Below are positions 60,126-64,000 of a stretch of DNA of 64,000 nucleotides, piece by piece (position 1 is the stretch's first letter; every line of letters starts with the position of its first letter). The position numbers and the translations under genes are program-made. The stretch spans positions 56,514 through 120,513 of the forward strand of contig JACQYT010000080.1 in the NCBI GenBank assembly GCA_016208085.1. The letters are read 5' to 3'. Below the pieces are notes generated by a model, which ran no database searches, was not told the origin of the DNA, and saw nothing but the letters and a program-made list of their open reading frames with translations. Source of the DNA: Elusimicrobiota bacterium (GTDB lineage Bacteria; Elusimicrobiota; Elusimicrobia; Elusimicrobiales; UBA9959).

Positions 60126-60202
60126 GTAAATAGGTAGATACTGTTGATAAGGTGATACAGAAAAACTCCGTATTAACGTATTCACGTATAAACGTATCAA
60201 CG
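60126..60202. repeat. Word-repeat hairpin region including 4 tandem 8-mers CGTATNAA
   Basis: CGTATTAA CGTATTCA CGTATAAA CGTATCAA lie at 60169..60200. Upstream, GTAGATACTGTTGATAAGGTGATACAG carries the complementary GTTGATA / TGATAC words. Confidence 0.7.
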
Positions 60203-60210
60203 CTTTAATA

Positions 60211-61368
60211 ATGGGCAAAATAAATTCGGTTCTGATGCTCAGCCAGACTTTTTATCCGGCCATAGGCGGCTCGGAAAAACAGGCCCTGGAGCTTTCGCGC
60301 GCGCTCGCGGCCAGGGGCATCAAGGTCGTCGTGCTGACCCGCCGCATAGAGAACGCGCCGCCGCGGGAAACGATCGACGGCGTGGCGGTCCGCAGGCTCC
60401 GGACGCTGGGTTCCGGGGCCGTGGATTCCATCGTATTCATGATAAAAAGCTTTTTCTATCTGCTGAAGAACGCCGCCGATTACGATGTCGTGCACGTCCA
60501 CCTGGCCTCCTCGCCCGCCGTGGCGGCGTCGCTGGCTTCCATGGTAACCGGCAAAAGGTCGGTCGTCAAACTGGGCGGGGGCAGGGGGGTGGACGAGATA
60601 ACGCTGTCCATGAAGACGCTGCTCGGCCGGCTTAAGCTCAAATTTTTCCAGTTTGCCGGGCCTGAATTGCTGGTAATGAACAACGAAGTCTATAACTGGC
60701 TTAAAAACGAGCCCGCTTTTTCGGGTTTAAAGCTCCGGCACTTCCGGAACGGCGTGGACACGGGCAAATACTCGCCGCTCTCCTATCAGGAGAAGATAAG
60801 CGCTAAAAGCGCCCTGGGCTTTGAAAATTTCACCATTTTCCTGTTCGTCGGACGGCTGTCTCCCGAGAAAAGGATAAAGGAATTCGTGGAGACCTGGGCG
60901 GAAGTGTTCTTGGAAGAGCGTGTAAAGCCCAGGATGAGGCTGGTCATAGTGGGCAAGGGACCGGAAAGCGAAAATATAAGAAAAGCGGTCAATGACCTGG
61001 GAGTAAGCGAAACCGTGACGTTGGCCGGCGCCAGGGACGACCTTAAGCCGTATTACGGCGCAGCCGATGTCTTTGTGTTGCCGTCCATCTCCGAAGGCCT
61101 GTCCAACTCCATGCTTGAGGCCATGGCTTGCGGCGACGCCATCATGGCGGGGCGGGTGGGCGGAGCGAGGGAGGCCGTGGTTGAAGGTGTAAACGGCTGT
61201 CTTTTTGACCCGCAAAGCCGCCAGGAAATAAAGGCCTGCATCAAAAAACTGATGTCGGATAAGACCATGCCGCTTAAGATGGGCGAAAAATCCAGAGAGA
61301 TAGCGGTAAATAAATACTCCATGGCCAAAGTCACAGAAGAACTGCTGAAGATTTACGAGGAGGCATAG
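60211..61368 (+). CDS. Glycosyltransferase family 4 (GT-B, EX7E)
   Basis: GGSEKQALELSRALAARG N-terminus, and VLPSISEGLSNSMLEAMACG with the EX7E motif. Confidence 0.85.
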   Translation: MGKINSVLMLSQTFYPAIGGSEKQALELSRALAARGIKVVVLTRRIENAPPRETIDGVAVRRLRTLGSGAVDSIVFMIKSFFYLLKNAADYDVVHVHLASSPAVAASLASMVTGKRSVVKLGGGRGVDEITLSMKTLLGRLKLKFFQFAGPELLVMNNEVYNWLKNEPAFSGLKLRHFRNGVDTGKYSPLSYQEKISAKSALGFENFTIFLFVGRLSPEKRIKEFVETWAEVFLEERVKPRMRLVIVGKGPESENIRKAVNDLGVSETVTLAGARDDLKPYYGAADVFVLPSISEGLSNSMLEAMACGDAIMAGRVGGAREAVVEGVNGCLFDPQSRQEIKACIKKLMSDKTMPLKMGEKSREIAVNKYSMAKVTEELLKIYEEA

Positions 61369-61369
61369 G

Positions 61370-61415
61370 CTGTAGAAGTCAGAAGTAAGATGTCAGAGGT
61401 CAGAAATAGGAAGTT
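61370..61415. repeat. GTAG-headed word repeat upstream of asnB (CTGTAGAAGTCAGAAGTAAGATGTCAGAGGTCAG...)
   Basis: 32 nt (61372..61403) match the reverse complement of 63409..63440 at 28 of 32 positions by hand count. Confidence 0.85.
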
Positions 61416-63323
61416 ATGTGCGGAATCTGCGGAATATATAACTACAAAACGGACGAACCGGTCGAGCGCGAAGAACTTGAAAAAATGAACAGTCTTCTCG
61501 TCCACCGCGGGCCGGACGACGCGGGCTTTTACCAGCAGGACGGGATAGGCCTGGCCATGCGGCGCCTGTCCATAATAGACCTTTCAAGCGGGCATCAGCC
61601 GATCCCGAACGAGGACGGTTCCGTCTGGATTGTCTTTAACGGCGAGATATACAATTTTCAAACCCTGCGCGAAGAATTGCTGGCCACGGGCCACCGGTTC
61701 AAAACAAAGTCCGACACTGAAACCATAGTGCATCTTTACGAGGAAAAAGGGCTTGCCTTTGTCACATATCTGCGGGGTATGTTCGCCATAGCGCTCTGGG
61801 ACTCCCGAAGAAAGCGCCTGGCGCTCGCCCGCGACCAGGTCGGCAAGAAACCGCTTTACTACGCCGTGAACGGCTCTTCAATAGCTTTCGCTTCCGAATT
61901 GCGCCCGCTTACGACCGTCAAATGGTTCATGCGCGACCTGGACCCGGCAGCCGTGGACGCCTATCTCACTTTGCAGTATATACCGAGCCCGCTCAGCATA
62001 TTTAAGAACGTCAGGAAGCTCGAGCCCGCCTCCATGCTGGTGGTTTCGGACGGCGCGGTCAAGAGCGAGAAATACTGGGACCTGCCGCTTGCGGCCGAGA
62101 AGCTGGACTATATGCCGCTCGCTGAGATAAAGGAGCGGCTTTACAGCGAGCTTTTTGAGGCCACAAAGATAAGGCTGATCTCTGAAGTGCCGCTCGGGGC
62201 GTTCCTGTCCGGCGGGATAGATTCCTCCATCGTGACGGCGCTTATGGCAAAGAGTTCGCCGGACCCGGTCAAAACCTTCTCAATAGGCTTCAAGGAGGCG
62301 GAGTTCTCGGAGCTCGGCTACGCCAGGCAGGTCGCGCGGATGTACGGCACAAAGCACACCGAGTTCATAGTGGAAGCCAATATGGCGGACGTCTTTGAGA
62401 AGCTGGTCGCGCATTACGGCGAACCTTACGCCGACGCCAGCGCTCTGCCTTCTTATTTTGTCTCAAGAGAGACGCGCAAAGCCGTCACTGTGGCTTTAAA
62501 CGGCGACGGCGGCGACGAGAATTTCGGCGGCTACCTGCGCTATATGGCCATAAAAATAGATTCCGTCTGGGGACGCACGCCGGCGGCCCTGAAAAGAGCG
62601 CTGCTGAACTTCACGTACTTGTTCCCGAAGAAGGCCCCTTACAACGTGTTCTGGCGCGCGGAAAAGTTCATGAAAGCGTCGCTGCTCGAAAGCCTGCCCC
62701 TGCGCTATCTCTCGACGGTCGCGTTTTTCGGCCCGAACGACAAGGCAGGGCTGTTCAGCAGGGAATTCATCAACGCGCGCTGCGGCAGCGCCGATTACGC
62801 GGAAAAATATATAGCCGGTCTGTTCGAAATACCGGCGGGGCAGGACCTGCTTAATAAGCTCATATACGTCGACTTCCGTTCCTATCTGCCGGAATGCCTG
62901 ATGACAAAAATGGACATAGCCTCTATGGCGAATTCGCTGGAAACCAGATCGCCTTTCCTGGACCAGAAGGTGATAGAGTTCGCTTTCAGGCTGCCTGGCA
63001 GCCTGAAACTTAGGGGCTTGAGGGGAACCAAGTGGATACTTAAGGAAACTTTTAAGGATATGCTTCCGGCGCGGATTTACAAAAGGGGCAAGATGGGCTT
63101 CGGCATACCGCTGGGCCCGTGGTTCAAGGGAGAGCTGAAAGACCGCTGGGCCGGGACCTGCCTGTCCGAGAAGGCGCTCTCGCGCGGCTATTTCAACAGG
63201 GAGCACCTGTTCAGGATCTGGGACGAACATCAGAACGGCTCGCGCGACCACGGCTATCACCTGTGGGCGCTGCTGATGCTTGAACTATGGCATAATCAAT
63301 TCGCCGACGATTTTAAGCTGTAG
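61416..63323 (+). CDS. asnB: Asparagine synthase (glutamine-hydrolysing)
   Basis: N-terminal nucleophile MCGICGI and the PP-loop FLSGGIDSS. 635 aa. Confidence 0.9.
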   Translation: MCGICGIYNYKTDEPVEREELEKMNSLLVHRGPDDAGFYQQDGIGLAMRRLSIIDLSSGHQPIPNEDGSVWIVFNGEIYNFQTLREELLATGHRFKTKSDTETIVHLYEEKGLAFVTYLRGMFAIALWDSRRKRLALARDQVGKKPLYYAVNGSSIAFASELRPLTTVKWFMRDLDPAAVDAYLTLQYIPSPLSIFKNVRKLEPASMLVVSDGAVKSEKYWDLPLAAEKLDYMPLAEIKERLYSELFEATKIRLISEVPLGAFLSGGIDSSIVTALMAKSSPDPVKTFSIGFKEAEFSELGYARQVARMYGTKHTEFIVEANMADVFEKLVAHYGEPYADASALPSYFVSRETRKAVTVALNGDGGDENFGGYLRYMAIKIDSVWGRTPAALKRALLNFTYLFPKKAPYNVFWRAEKFMKASLLESLPLRYLSTVAFFGPNDKAGLFSREFINARCGSADYAEKYIAGLFEIPAGQDLLNKLIYVDFRSYLPECLMTKMDIASMANSLETRSPFLDQKVIEFAFRLPGSLKLRGLRGTKWILKETFKDMLPARIYKRGKMGFGIPLGPWFKGELKDRWAGTCLSEKALSRGYFNREHLFRIWDEHQNGSRDHGYHLWALLMLELWHNQFADDFKL

Positions 63324-63440
63324 AAGTAAGAAATCAGAAGTAAGAAAAGCAAAACTTAAAACCGATAAAGCAAACTATTGGATTTATAAAGTGCGGTTTC
63401 CACAGAATCTTACCTCTGACATCTTACCTCTTACTTCTAT
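63318..63440. repeat. REPIN-like pair downstream of asnB: a direct unit CTGTAGAAGTAAGAAATCAGAAGTAAGAAAAG and an inverted unit CTTACCTCTGACATCTTACCTCTTACTTCTAT
   Basis: The units lie at 63318..63349 and 63409..63440, separated by ~60 nt. The first unit contains the asnB stop codon (TAG of CTGTAG). Confidence 0.8.
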
Positions 63441-63445
63441 TCCCT

Positions 63446-63895
63446 ATGAAAATCGTCCTGATAAACCCCGACATCCCCTGGAACGTAGGCAACATCGGGC
63501 GCACCTGCGTCGCTACAGATACGGCGCTGGTTTTTGTGGGGAAAATGGGCTTTGAGATAAACTCAAAAGAGATACGACGGTCCGGCCTGGATTACTGGCG
63601 GTTTTTGAAATATTCCGTCCATAAGAATTTTGACGATTTCCTGGATACGCTCGGGGAAAACCCTTCGCTTATATTTTTATCCACCCGCGGCAAAAAGCTG
63701 TATTGGAACGCGCCGTATAAAAAGGATTCCTGCCTTATTTTCGGCAGCGAGGGCACCGGCCTTCCACGGGCGATGTACGGGAAATACGCGGATAAACTTT
63801 ACCGCATACCGATGTCCTCCGACCACACCCGCTCGTTGAACCTGTCCACCGCCGCCGGCGTAGTCCTGTACGAAGCCCTCCGTCAGACAAGGTAA
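63446..63895 (+). CDS. trmL: tRNA (cytidine/uridine-2'-O)-methyltransferase TrmL (SpoU family)
   Basis: MKIVLINPDIPWNVGNIGRTC, LIFGSEGTGLP, and the SLNLSTAAGVVLYEALRQ trefoil-knot motifs. Confidence 0.85.
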   Translation: MKIVLINPDIPWNVGNIGRTCVATDTALVFVGKMGFEINSKEIRRSGLDYWRFLKYSVHKNFDDFLDTLGENPSLIFLSTRGKKLYWNAPYKKDSCLIFGSEGTGLPRAMYGKYADKLYRIPMSSDHTRSLNLSTAAGVVLYEALRQTR

Positions 63896-64000
63896 ACCGA
63901 ACTGATTCGCTGACGCTGGCTGAACAATCGGCGCAGGGCCTGCCGACCCCGTCGTCACCCGTGCAGCCAATCACCTAGTCCTTCGCTTTTATATAAATAT

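Overview
This is a 64-kb window of a fairly GC-rich bacterial chromosome (well above 50% G+C by eye) with sharply AT-rich inserts. No rRNA genes or CRISPR arrays were seen. Housekeeping content: a partial uvrD/pcrA-like helicase, ychF, tRNA-Glu(CUC) and tRNA-Thr(UGU), and a complete tightly coupled shikimate operon (chorismate mutase, DAHP synthase, aroE, aroC, aroK, aroB, aroQ ... aroA). Also present are prfB, tatD, a frameshifted metH, rpsA, coaD, an M3 peptidase, an envelope cluster (LPG-synthase-like, GT4, asnB) and trmL. Accessory content: (1) An ~11-kb type I R-M island (hsdM, hsdS, hsdR, YgjP-like) lies next to tRNA-Glu. It holds an uncharacterised DUF4143-type ATPase plus an unknown wHTH-like protein between hsdM and hsdS, and an ORF6N-Fic cassette bracketed by a duplicated hsdR 5' end. 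(2) An AbiEi/AbiEii pair. (3) A ~2000-aa T9SS-type surface protein with a PorV-like barrel, plus a 5'-truncated paralogue. (4) An AT-rich exosortase / MSEP-CTERM-type cassette sits exactly between aroQ and aroA, flanked by a 12-bp direct repeat. (5) A decayed DUF4338 / IS66-like element. (6) A dense population of GTAG-headed REP/REPIN-like palindromes and long hairpins built from short degenerate word repeats, some reaching into coding sequence. The top candidates for novelty are the R-M-nested two-gene module, the exosortase cassette inside the aro operon, and the repeat families.
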